DNA of 61,107 nt, filler included, from Sphacelaria rigidula (Eukaryota): assembly GCA_964200075.2 (NCBI GenBank). It is 9 parts of 9 records of this genome, joined end to end, with 100 filler letters (N's around TTAATTAATTAA, not from the genome) between each part and the next. Parts side by side here need not be neighbours in the genome. Positions count along the whole stretch, not along the records: positions 6,803 to 13,504 come from CAXNAA020018526.1; positions 13,605 to 20,305 come from CAXNAA020018527.1; positions 20,406 to 27,106 come from CAXNAA020018528.1; 6 more parts are not named here. One strand, 5' to 3'. The position numbers and the translations under genes are program-made. Below are positions 9,755 through 21,755 of this stretch, one piece after another. Within the stretch, counting starts at the first letter, position 1. The number at the start of each line of letters is the position of its first letter. The notes beneath the pieces are model-generated. The model saw only the letters and a list, made by a program, of their open reading frames with translations, did no database searches and was not told the DNA's origin.

Positions 9755-12700
9755 CTGATGAACCGAACCCAACCAAACCCAACCGAATCAACGCAAGTAC
9801 ACAGTGAAGGTACAAGGCGAAGCGAACGGGTGGGGCAACAGACAAGGGAACATGAGGGCGTGTTTCCTTCCGTGATGTAGGAATCGTAGCATCGTCGCAC
9901 GGGAAGTTCAGAGTCGGCTGAAATGCAGCAGAGGGGGAAAAAATGAACACATCAAGTTCGGAGATGTAAATTCTGAAGGCTGCATGCATGGGAGACCAGG
10001 ATGGTCGCACTTTCGTGCGCTACCGTCGTGTTGAAAGGAGGATATATGCACAAAAACGTCGCGTACGCGCACCGTCAAAGTAGGGAGCGATGCAACAGAA
10101 CCAGGAGGAGAGGGGAAGGCAAAGCGCTACAGAGAAGCACGTGGGGTTTGGTCTTTTTCAAGCTACTGTACGCGAAAGAGCATCAAAATTGACGTGAAGG
10201 ACGATATAAGTGAGTACATGCATGCATGCATCACTCAGCGAACAAGAGTGCAGGCGTCGTGGAGATACCGATATCGATAGCGTTTTTGCGGTTGCGTTAC
10301 CCGGGAAGAAAGGAGGTTTGAACGGCATGGGGCTCTACAGATCCAATGCTAGAAATCCGCTGGACAAAACCATGTCATTGCAGAAAGCATGCTTCCACCA
10401 ACAACAGGTCTGCAAGAGAGGTGATAACCACGTCCTGGATATCCTGACGTGGTGTTTACTTTAATCCTCGGGGTGTCTTTCAGTGTCAATGGTGCCCACC
10501 TACAACGTAAGCTCAATATCAAGCTACACCGGACACGCTACAACCAACCGAAGACAATCACGCACATGAAGTCTCTCATGCTTCTACCATGGTGCCATGG
10601 AGCAAAATTCGACCATGCAATCATGTTCTTCCTACTTCCAAGATCGGGCCCAGCACAGCGACCTTGAGAAGCCGGCATTCAGCAATTTGTGTAACATGTT
10701 CGAGCGAGTGAACTCACGGAAGCGCCTCCTTTGACCCGCTACATTCGTGCAACATAGCACACGACAGGAGCACCTCCGTCGACGCATTTACCCGGGAAGT
10801 GAAGAAGTCGAGGCAGAAATGTATACCAAAGCATGGAGCCGTAGTCTGAACCGCAAAAGCGTACTTCGTAAACCAAGTAGTGCCGTTAAACGCCCTCACC
10901 ACATCAGCTTCCCGAGCGCATGGAGGGGAGTGCGGGGCAGTGTAGAAGAAGGCAGATATCATGCGAGTCGTCACGTCTCGAGTGTTTGACATGGAGAACA
11001 CCTTGGGATCGTGCAGCATTTTCGTCTTTTTTGCATTCATCCAGTGATTCCTGCACCCGGTCACCTGTGAATCAAACATGGAAATTGAATGCTCGAACGT
11101 TCAGAGTTAAGGGTTGAAAGTAGGCTGCTTTGGGTATCATGCGGATGTTTCTTTGCTCCATCTCCTGCGGGGTCGTGTTACCAGCTGCGCATGCGGCCAC
11201 CTGTGCATCAAACACCAATGAAGGAGCGCAAAGAACTCACCTCTCGAACGGAGATGGAGAGGAAGCTAGTTAAGCTAAAAGTTTGATCGATCGATTGATC
11301 GGTTGATTGAGTGATTGCCCACATTTACTCATCCGCAACGAATACCTTGTCGTCATCACAAGAAACGAACACTCGCTAAAGGATCTGCGAAATAAGGGAG
11401 ACGTGAAAAAGACAGCGAACACACAGAAACAATGAGGACGAAAATGAAAAACAAGGGACAAGCCCCTGCCGCATACCTTTGAAGTATGGTAATGAGGGCG
11501 TATAACGAGGAAAATAGAACAAGACGGAACGAACAAGGCCGCGAGAGCAGGTTGCATCCCAGCTACCTGGTATCACACTATTGGGGCAGGAACTCTCAGC
11601 CACCAGCTCTGCAGAAGCGAGACAGAACAATACTAATACGGCACTAATACGGTATTGATGAACAAACGCATGTGACATATGGTGCCAAAAACGAAATGCG
11701 ACAAGGTGGTGTACCGTATGCCGAGGGCAATTACACCCAGCGAAAACGGAGCAAACTTCGACATTCACAGGAAACAAAAAAGAGGTGAGCAGAAAATAGA
11801 ACCAACCACATGTGCGAAACGTGTTTGATGGGGAGCTTCACGAGTCGGGGGAACGAGGACCCCTACACCTTGGAACCGTCACACCGTTTCAAGGTTCAAC
11901 ACACCAGAGCCTGTGGCATTTTCATCGCCGCTTCTCACTAATACGCGGGGGGTGATCAGGGCGATGGTTTCAAGCAGCTTCGATATGTGAGCCAACAAGT
12001 AGGAGAGGTGCAAGCTATCCTTGCTTGCTCAGTCTTCCCATTGAAGGAAGAACCAACCCCTCACAAAACATCAATTTCTCGCAACACGTGTGCGATAGAA
12101 AACCGACAGATCGTGGAGAAATGAACGACAGCTATTCTGGTGACGACTCTGCAGTCGCACCAATCGCGACGCCCTGGGTGCGATACCTACGGCACCAGTT
12201 GATAACAATGCATGATGCGAATGGTTACTGCCATAAAGTCTAGAAAACGGCTTCAGTACACATGACATTTTCCGGCGACGGAAAGTCGCGATCGTTATTC
12301 AGCGAGACACTCTCCGATTACCGTACAGGGTCGCGATTCAGATTGCTGTGTGCGTGAGATCAGGAGCTATTCCTCGCATCAACATCTTCCAAGCCAGCGC
12401 TACACAGTGCAGTCACCCGTCTACTCCCACGGGTACACAGTGCATCATTCTGCATGCCTCGTGAAGGCAGTGACTACTCATCACCTCAGTTTCGCTAAGC
12501 CGTAGGGGTGAGTCTTCCTGGAGAAAACCGCCATGTGCACCCTTGTTTCGGCTCAAAGCTTCAAAGCAGTCTCACGACGTGTAATCGTGGTGAAAAGGAG
12601 TGCGCACTTTGCTGCCGTAAACGTACATGACCACCAGTTTCGATTGTCAATGATTTGAGTAGTTACCCACCTTATCGTCGCACTCGAGACCCTTTGCTGG

Positions 12701-13504
12701 ACAGCTGCCCGCGGGATCACCCGGCCAGGAGCAGCACGGGCCGGGTGGCACACATCCTGCCAAGCTTCTCGCCACCGTGCTCGCAGCCGAGCTCGCAGCT
12801 TTTGGTACCCGTACCAACTGCACCCATAAATGGCAGGCAATAGCGCGTCCATATGTGGGCAAGTGTGGGTGGGGGAAATTCGTCGCTCTCGTATACTTTT
12901 TGAGAATGAGAATGTTTAATCGAATATTCCTCGTCCAGGTGTCCTCGAGAAAACGAAACGCTATTCTCAACCGAGCGATCGCTCACCGTGTGTGACTTCT
13001 TACTTCATCAACGGTAGTGTGAAAGAATCTGGGGTACTATATCTGCAACCCTTGCTCCGTTTGTTATCCTGCGCACCACTTCCGGCTCCAGCTCGCCAAA
13101 CTTCAATGCTCACATACCCGTGGCTGAACTATTCACAATTTTCCACTTTTGCCAGTTGCGCTGGCTCCCGACATCACACAGTGGGTATGATTGGATTTCT
13201 GAAACTTGTATTCAAACGCAGAGATTGAGAGAGACGGAGGGGCGGAGGGGACACACACACACACACAGTACACAGAGACTGCAGCACGTATTGGTCAATG
13301 GGTTGAGTGAGTGAGTGAGTTAGTGAGGATTGTACATTTGCTGATCCACTGTTGATACGAATCCACCCAAAATCGCAAAATACACAGTTATGCCTAATGA
13401 AAATGAACGAGAACACAAGCTAAGCGACACACGAGAAAACAGGGAACATTGAAAAAAAACCCAGGATACCAGCGGAGTGGGGTGAAAACAAGAACAGGAG
13501 GGGG

Positions 13505-13604
13505 NNNNNNNNNNNNNNNNNNNNNNNNNNNNNNNNNNNNNNNNNNNNTTAATTAATTAANNNNNNNNNNNNNNNNNNNNNNNNNNNNNNNNNNNNNNNN
13601 NNNN
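13505..13604. other. Artificial contig linker
   Basis: N44-TTAATTAATTAA-N44. Confidence 0.99.
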
Positions 13605-14074
13605 ATTCATTCACTGATTGACCGCTTTTCACTCTCAATCGTATCGTCTACTCTCAATCTCACGAAAACACTGTTTATAGTGCCTACATCTCATGTACGT
13701 CATTTTGTCACAGGCCGTCATCCAGCGCACATCCCAACTGGATCACATTAGAGTAACTGTCGACACCAACAAGCCGTCCGTCCCGGCGCCAACAGAAGCT
13801 GATCTAATCAGCGTTGAAACCCACCCTCGAAGAAACCCACCGGTGACAAGCCAAGACCCGCAGGTAACAAATCACAACACAATCAAGCCCTTTTTTTTAC
13901 AAGACGTCATACTCCACACCCAATGCCGCGAGGTACCACCCCCTCCCGCACGCGCACGCGCGCCCGAATACAAATAATCCCTCCATAAGACTTACAACCT
14001 CCACGAAATACAAAATACGTGCAACAATAACTTCAATACTGCGTGGCTCGCGCGCCTCAACTCTGGAAAACCTC

Positions 14075-14320
14075 TCAATTCGAATGATGATGCTGTGGTG
14101 GCGACCCCGACTCGTTGCCCCCTCCTGTCCCACTGATGGGAGGCTGCCTCCCCGAGGACCCCGGTCCTCCCCCGCCGCCTCCGGGGACAGCCGGGTCTCC
14201 ACCCCCTGTCCCTAGGCCTCTCGTCCCTGCCCCTGACAGCAGCACATTTGCTGCGGCAGATGCATCGTTTCCGGTGTGTTGCAGCGCCTGCAATACCGCT
14301 GGACGGTCGAACCCCATGCC
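14075..14320 (-). CDS. Terminal exon of a C-terminal UBA-domain protein (UBAC2/Dsc2/rhomboid-like-UBA type by inference)
   Basis: CAG acceptor at 14323-14321; GMGFDRPAVLQALQHTGNDASAAANVLLS is UBA helices 2-3 with the MGF loop; Gly-rich tail; TGA at 14077-14075. Confidence 0.88.
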   Translation of the reverse strand, partial: GMGFDRPAVLQALQHTGNDASAAANVLLSGAGTRGLGTGGGDPAVPGGGGGGPGSSGRQPPISGTGGGNESGSPPQHHHSN

Positions 14321-15499
14321 CTGTCGGGTGGGGGCGGGGCGGGGGAGAGGAGACATCAAAACGGACCGTTCAAGTGTGGCAATCAGCAACGCGATTCAAG
14401 ATATCAAGCGAGGCCGAGGAAGACATGACTTGCCCTATTCCGCAGACCCTAGACATGGCATGCCCTGGGGACCAAGGACTTTCGACACAGTAGGGAGCGC
14501 ACCGTTGACGTTGCTTAGCAGACTCATGGGTGAGTGGCATGATGACAACAAATCTGTCATCAATACAGGGGTGGAGCGTGGGGAGGTCGGAAGGGGTCAT
14601 GCAGTAGTAACAAGGCGGGAAGTTACCAAGGCAAGTACTGTGTTGAACAAACACATGGGTTACGAGAGCAAACGAGGGTGTAGGCAGGGATGGAGCGAAC
14701 GTACCGGAGGACAGAATACTTGAGAGAAAAAGAAAGAAGTAAAGAGTGTGCTAGGAAATGGAAGCGGGGAGGACATGATCCATGAGCCGAACAAGTAGAC
14801 GGCGGGATATAACTCAGTTGAACATGAAGAGGGTGTTGAGGTTCTCCACAGACACTTGGCAATTATCTTCTTTTTTTGAACGGGGGATCTATTTCCACGC
14901 GCCCCTTGATTCTTTAGGAGCTCCTTTTGGCACATTGCACATGTATCGAGAGGAGGTTTCGGAAGGTAACTTATTTTGTCCAAGTCGGGGAAATGTCTGG
15001 CATTTCTTTCACTTTTATTTTGCGTGGGTTGGGTGACCAGACGATCAGTCGCCACAGAAGACTGGTTCATGAGCTTGTGAACCCTGCCATCTGACGCCCT
15101 TTACTTTCCTTCGAAATTTTTGGGTCACTGCGGAAGCCACACCACGTATGTGCACAATGACTACCTGTATACACATGTAAATCGGACATAAGTTCATTTA
15201 TTTGTACTAATTCTTATTTTCGCACACTGACCCGACTCTTGAACCCGCGGTATATCATAGAAAACTGGTCCACTAGCGACATGAGCGAGAGGACCTGAAC
15301 TAACTGACACCTGAAAGGACGAATCTCTGGTACCCTAGGTAACGAACTTCTACTATTGCAAGAGCTCAACAGAACAGAGCCACCGTGGGAACCCAGGGGA
15401 ATCACTCGTGCTCTGTATCCTGCACAAGCTCGGTTCGACTATTTACCACCCAGGTTCACGGCCAATGTTTGTCGTAACCATCAAGACAAAAAATACAAA

Positions 15500-15749
15500 G
15501 GTCGGACCTATTCATGATTCGTCCGAAGTTACTTGATTTTAGTGTGATTAATTCGTACGGTACGAATCAATCCTTACGCGTCGTTTTCAGCGTTGCGACC
15601 CAGGTACGCGCAGCCCAGGCACGTGAAATGGCCCAAAAGTTGCGTGGAGACCTGTTTGACCAACGGTCGACTTTTTCATCTCGTTCCATCAATCAGGCCT
15701 AATAAATCGTGGATTTGGTGATTCGAACAGGCGATGATTCATCCGAACC
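15500..15749 (+). mobile_element. ~250-bp MITE family; further copies at 16871-17109 (+) and ~33002-33183 (-, spans an N gap)
   Basis: Shared core GAATCAATC...TTTTCAGC(G/A)TTGC(G/A)ACCCAGGT...AATCAGGCC...CGTGGATTTGGTGATTCGAAC; imperfect TCGGA.../...TCCGA termini. Confidence 0.75.
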
Positions 15750-16166
15750 GTGGAAAATTACACCTCGTTTTGGAGATCCTCCGCCAAACAGGGCTACGGC
15801 AGCGACCTCCAGGAAGAATCTGAGATCACCTTCTTCTGCCGCACTACGTTGTCACACCGCACTATCCTACGACCCCAGCGTAGTCAACTTTTCATCACCA
15901 TTCAATGTACTTATGTGCGGATTTTTTCCCCTCCATTGGTTGTGATCAATGAGCTTGGATCCTGTGGTCACCAACCAATTGCCAAACAGTTATCTGTTGG
16001 ATTGTCTGTCGCAAAAGGTAAAGAGGCGTTATGTTCTCCACACACACAACCTTGAAATAATCCACCCTTCGACACAGGATCTCCACAAATTCGCCGAGTA
16101 TGGGAAGGTGATGACACCACTGGAGTACTCCTGCATCAGAAACCAGTACGCCTTCCTTTTCTTTCA

Positions 16167-16429
16167 TGTACGTGCGATTTTCGTTTCATCATATGACGGG
16201 AATCCCAGGATATTGCGGTAGAACACCAGTCCAGCATGACCGCATTATGCTGGGACTCCGCAATTCACTGATGAAGCGCGATTACATCATATCAGTACAG
16301 CTGAATAGAAAAAATGTGCCTTCCTGTTTTTTTGTACACACGGATTTCTTTTCATCATACAACGGGAATTCCAGGATAGTGCGGTGGATAACCAGCCCTG
16401 CATGACCGCACTATGCTGGGACCCCGCAC
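16167..16429 (+). repeat. Two ~95-bp degenerate direct repeats (~166-bp period)
   Basis: TTTCATCATA..ACGGGAAT.CCAGGATA.TGCGGT...GCATGACCGCA.TATGCTGGGAC.CCGCA occurs twice. Confidence 0.7.
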
Positions 16430-16813
16430 TATACGGGAAAAGCACAATTACTTCATAGTAGTAAAGCGGATCAGACTTGCAAAGAGCTATTTTCCTGGTG
16501 ATGTGGTGGGATCGCAGCACTGTAAAGGGACCGACCGTACCATCGTGGGATTCCCTCGTGCATGTGAATTGACCAGTACAAAAAATGGGGGGGGGGGGGG
16601 CAAGTCTCGATCCTTGCCCAGAGAGGGTACTACAGCAGAAAAGGGGGTGCGACAGCAGAATACTGCGGTACACCGTGCATGTCGTCCGTTTTCTCTTCCT
16701 TCCTTTCCTTCATGCTTCCCTTCTCTCGAGTTTGTTTCCTTCTGCGACGAGTGTCTCCCGTCCGTTTCATTTTCCGTGCGCTATGTTGCAACCGCGGCTG
16801 GATCTCAAGCACA

Positions 16814-17257
16814 GGGGGGGGGTGTACTACTCATGATCATGCATGCCAAAGTCATGAGCCCCTTTCAAGCGTCGGACGAATTCATTAATCGTCTGGAAAT
16901 TTCTTGATTTTAGTGTAATTGATTCGTACTGTATGAATCAATCTGTAGGCTTTGTTTTCAGCATTGCAACCCAGGTGCGCGCAGCCCAGGCACGTGGAAT
17001 GGCGCAAAAAGTGCGTGGAGACTTTTTTCAACAGCGGTCAACTTTTTTCTCTCTTTCGAAGAATCAGGCCTTAAAAAGCGTGGATTTGGTGATTCGAACC
17101 GGCGATGATGCATGCCTCAGTCATAAGACCATTTACCTCGCATCCCTACAACGCCGGGATGGAGCACGCCGTGTTTTCGCCGGACCAGGGCCGCACTCAA
17201 TCACCAAGCGCGAATCGCCGTGGAGGGGTCAGCTCACGTGTAAGAATCAATCAATCA
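16814..17257 (+). mobile_element. SINE-like retroposon (G-run head, (TCAA)n tail) interrupted by a MITE; partial copies at 20233-20305, 34021-34066 and 47439-47507
   Basis: GGGGGGGTGTACTCATGATCATGCATGCCATAGTCATAAGACCATTGACCTCGCATCCCTACAAAGCCGGG head recurs at the ends of contigs 3 and 7 and its continuation starts contig 6; this copy ends GTGTAAGAATCAATCAATCA. Confidence 0.8.
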
Positions 17258-17288
17258 TCTGTGACAATCAACCAATCGACGAACTCAC

Positions 17289-17366
17289 GGTGAGAGAAGA
17301 AACCGTTTCTTCGGAAGGTGGGGGTACCGGCTGCTGTTGTGACGGGAATCTCAATCTCGGCGCTCC
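17289..17366 (-). CDS. Penultimate exon of the UBA-domain protein
   Basis: GCAG acceptor, GTGAGT donor, 78 nt, phase 0/0; GAPRLRFPSQQQPVPPPSEETVSSLT joins in frame to GMGF to complete UBA helix 1. Confidence 0.85.
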
Positions 17367-18628
17367 CTGCCTCGACCGCCGTCGGAGATGATGAACAACA
17401 GGACGAGTTCAACACATGGCACAGAGCACAAGCGTACACCACCCCAAACACAAACACACACACGCAACACATGTGGGGGCGAGTTAGTTGCGTCCTGCAG
17501 CAATGTCCCATACTGTTTCTACACAGTGTTCTCAAAGGTGATGGATGAGGGTGAGGATCGGTCAGGGTCTCACGTATCATACGCTACAGTACGGGCCGTT
17601 TGTGTGGGTACTCACGGCCTGTCCCTCGCCAGCCCAACCCCTTCCATTTGAGGGTGGGAAAAGGCACGAAACAAGCGGGGGTTACCGGCTACAAGAAAGT
17701 CGAGAAGCTGTTTGGGCCGCCTGGTATGGCAGAAAGGCGAAAGCAGGAACAGGTGATTAGTCATCATTCAGCGGTCGTCCAAGTTTGAACAAACCGCGTC
17801 ATCGCTTCTCCAGTGCGTGTGATCATGGTCGAACAGCGTACGGATAAGGACACAGGAACCCCGGACCGCCGCTCGCCTGCACACAGTTTGCAAGTACGCA
17901 CTAACTCGTTTGCCGGGTGTACCTACGCCTGAAGAAATGCGCAAAGGTTGTTTACACTGCTCGTAGACACCAGCAGTTCTAGACGGCTCTACGCCCATAC
18001 ATGGGGATAATTTTTTGTCGCGGCGGGTGAAATTCAACCAGTCAGGGGCAATTCAGTGAGGAATCGGCGGAATCTAGCGCCAATGAAATGAAATGAAATG
18101 AAATGAAATGCGACCTTCGTAGTGAATTATGTAAATGAAAAATGCTTGTGATTGGCTCGCGCACTCGAGTCACACCTGCAGTGTACGCATCACAATACAG
18201 TACATGACTGAACAGTCGCGCCGGGACGGACAGAGCAGCAGCAGCGACACGAAGCAGCAACCAGACAAGCAGAGATCGTGTGGTACAATACCGCCGCAGG
18301 GGGTGATTACGATGCTCGCGTATCGGTATATCCACATCTTAGTATAGCTAGTTGTGTCTGTCCGTGGCCGCGAGCGCTGGCGCCGATGCCAGCGACAGCG
18401 GCCTCCATGCTGACGGGGGCACTAGGGGTGCACCATATCTGCGCAGTGCTGTGGGTTGCTCCTTTCATCGGAGCACGGAGTCTGGCCCGGCCGGTCGAAC
18501 GGTGTATAACGGTGCTGGTTGTGTGTCTTAACCCAGCCATATCCGGTATCACGCAAAAGATAGGTCTGGGCAGCGCCGTGTTTGTTTTACGCAAGCCGGA
18601 ACAGTCAAACACACCATGAAGTTTTCAA

Positions 18629-18745
18629 CCCTTTGAGAACCCAGTGACAATTTTTTTTCTCGTGAGTAGCAGTCACTTTCAGTCATCTTTAACCCACAAT
18701 GATGGCGATTCACAGAAACAAAACGGTCACTGGGTTCCCAAAGGG
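18629..18745. mobile_element. 117-bp piggyBac-type MITE
   Basis: CCCTTTGAGAACCCAGTGAC / GTCACTGGGTTCCCAAAGGG TIRs, flanked by TCAA and TTAA (CCC..GGG termini and TTAA target are piggyBac hallmarks). Confidence 0.75.
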
Positions 18746-19189
18746 TTAACGTTCAGTGTGTACACAGCACCGCGTCTCGACTGATACTACAGTTGATAGA
18801 GACGACCTCAACAATACAGCAGCTCAGGCAATCTCAGCGAAGACCAAACCGTCTTCGCAAGGTCTCAACACACCACAGAACGGTGATAGCTACAGCACAC
18901 GAGAGCATGTTGGTGCTGCAGTGCAGTGAAACGGGACACGTCCCATGCTTTTATTTCTTCGCCTGATTTTATACGGGCCTTCAGTGTTCGCCGGGTGCCG
19001 ATCGTGAACGCTCGGGTATGATTCACTACAAAATCATCCCCATGTATGGGCCCTGTGCCTTGTAAACAGTATTCGGACACACATCACACTCAACAATATC
19101 CCACGCGCCGCGCTATCTACCCACAGCCTTCCCCAGTCTCCCCCGCCCCCAACCGCCACTGAACATAAAAGCCTCCGCTTTGCTTACAC

Positions 19190-19299
19190 CTGTCTTGGGT
19201 TGAAAAAGGACATCAGCCCCCCACCCCCTGACCCTCCGCTCGTGAAGGATGATGGAGCCGCTGGCCGCGGGCGTCGGCTAGCGCTACCGCGCGCGTGCC
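19190..19299 (-). CDS. Probable upstream exon of the UBA-domain protein (low-complexity linker)
   Basis: CCAG acceptor downstream of a pyrimidine-rich region; open frame HARGSASRRPRPAAPSSFTSGGSGGGGLMSFFNPRQ; CAG|GT donor in phase 0, compatible with the next exon. Confidence 0.5.
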
Positions 19300-20305
19300 C
19301 TGGCGGTGAGCCGTTGGTCGGTCGCCGTGAGATTCCCAGCAAAGGTAAGCACAATTTCTGTTCTCGATGGAGACGGACGAATGAGATGAGTGGAAGAGAA
19401 AGCCAGAGTCAGAGAAACAGAGGCACGAAGACACAGAGATACAGAACACACACACGGCCAGAGAGAGGACCACGTTTTAGGTTGAGATACATCGAGAAAA
19501 GAGACAGGTAAGTACGGCGGCCAGAGAAGGAGCGACGATGAGGTAGGATACACGGGGAGACAAAGCGTGGCGAGATTTGATGCTGTAGTCGATGGGCCAA
19601 TTTGGAGATAAACTGAAGCACCTAAATACTGCAAGCGTGTGGGCGTCCGAGGAAGGGATAGAAACAGATAGGAAGGCGGGTGAGATACTGATCAGGGTGA
19701 GAATACATGGAAGGTTTACAGGCTGGTTTAGGGTGAAAGCCCACAATTTATTCCCCACTAGATACACAATGCAAAACCGACCCGACAGGAACATATTTGG
19801 CATCAACGTGACCCCCACGAGCAAGCGAACAGTGTGACATGCATGGACAGATTCTTCCTTGCATCATTCGTCGTGGCACTGCTAGTGAAGATGGTCCTCG
19901 GCCAATCAGGGGCCTTTAAATATATTATGAAATTAACAATTCGAATTCCCGACATAATATGCGCCCATTCGTATCACGCATCAAACCTTGGTAACCGCCA
20001 TCAGATAAGGAATCTGACACAAAAAACAGACTTGAGAACGGTTTGTGTGGGATCGAGCTATACCTCTCATGACGCGGTATTTCGGCGATGTGGGGTTTGG
20101 CGTCGTCGAATTTGCATTCATAATATGCATCGAAGACCCAGAAAGCCTCTTCACGTTTTCCTTTGTAATTTTCGTAGGAGAGCTCCCATCATCCTGAAAC
20201 TTGGCGCTTTGGTAGATATGAGTGCTGCAAATGGGGGGGGGTGTACTCATGATCATGCTTGCCATAGTCATCAGACCATTGACCTCGCATCCCTACAAAG
20301 CCGGG

Positions 20306-20405
20306 NNNNNNNNNNNNNNNNNNNNNNNNNNNNNNNNNNNNNNNNNNNNTTAATTAATTAANNNNNNNNNNNNNNNNNNNNNNNNNNNNNNNNNNNNNNN
20401 NNNNN
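20306..20405. other. Artificial contig linker
   Basis: N44-TTAATTAATTAA-N44. Confidence 0.99.
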
Positions 20406-20438
<33 letters not shown>

Positions 20439-21469
20439 TTTTGGGATTTGTCCCCCCCCCCCCCCCCCCCCCGTCCCCCCCCTCCGAAAACACCTAGGAT
20501 TAAAAAAATCGGCATAGGGCCTCACATTTATTTTTGGGCACTCCTGATTAGACCTTGAATTTTTAACACAGATGCTCCCGGCTGATGCGCCCACATAATA
20601 TGATATCCCGAAAGGGGTAGACTGGCGCCCAGAATAAATGGGACGACAACACACACAACACATGCTCTGATATTTTTAGAAAAGCTGTACGAGTAAGGCC
20701 TTTCGATATCGTTGTTTTTTCGCCAGATATGCGGGGTCCCAGGAGGTCGTGTGACAGACTTGAGAAGACACTGGCTCCTGGGTCCCCGGATATCTTGCGA
20801 AAATAAGACAAAACCGGAAGCAATTCACACAGCCTTTCTAAATACGCAGAGGTATAGAAACATTCGGTAAGAGCCCATTCCCGACTCAATTTGTACGCAA
20901 TTCCATCACTAGTCGAACCGATATCTCAGAGCCTGGAGCACCCGTGTGTAGAATTTCAGTAGCTAACTCGAAAAAATGGCGTGGGTAATCGCTGGGGAGT
21001 AAATTTCAAATTTCCGTCGCTCACCCCGGACCAGCTTGTACAGTATGCCTTCGCCAAAGGTCATGACAAATATAACAGCACTTTTTCATAACCCTTGGCA
21101 ATAAAGAGTAGTTGGGGCACCTACATCACGGGGTTGCAAGCACTCAAGTTTCTGTCACAGAAGATGGTTGGCTATCTACCCGAACAATCATCATCGCCTT
21201 CGTGTTCTGTTGATTCTCTGCCTGTCTCCAGTTCGTCCTCACCATCGCTCAGCTCGATAGAAACTTGCAGCCATTACATACAGCAGATGCTTGGCGATGT
21301 ACAGTAGCCATGTATTGTAGGCCATGTGCTGTCAGGTATGAGGAATGGTATTTGTGCCTATATTCGGCCGAGGAGGGGATCTCGTTTCACCACAACAGAC
21401 AGCAGTAGTGCTTCATATCGTTTCCCTGGCACTGCATTTTCTCCACCACAAGAAAAATACGCGGACACC

Positions 21470-21755
21470 GCGAAATAGACTTGCAGACACGGAGACATGG
21501 CATCCGGGGGGGAATCTAGCGAGGATGGCGCGCAGTAGAAACGGCAGAAGCAAGGGGGACAGGAGTACGAAGAAGATGTCGACAGCTTCCACGCAAGAAC
21601 CAGCGCAAGAACAATCGACAGCTGCCCCGCTCATGCGAGCTGTCGACATCTTCGTGCTCCTGTCCCCCCTGGCGCGGTTGCTGATTCTGCTGTGCGTCAT
21701 CTCCATGATATTCACCCCCGGATGCGATGTCTCTGTTTCTGCGAGTCTAATTCGC
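21470..21755 (+). ncRNA. Candidate microRNA precursor / hairpin RNA (~286 nt)
   Basis: 21470-21587 pairs with 21638-21755; transition differences in the well-paired segments are G.U-compatible on the + strand; no TSD and no other copy seen in the window. Confidence 0.55.
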
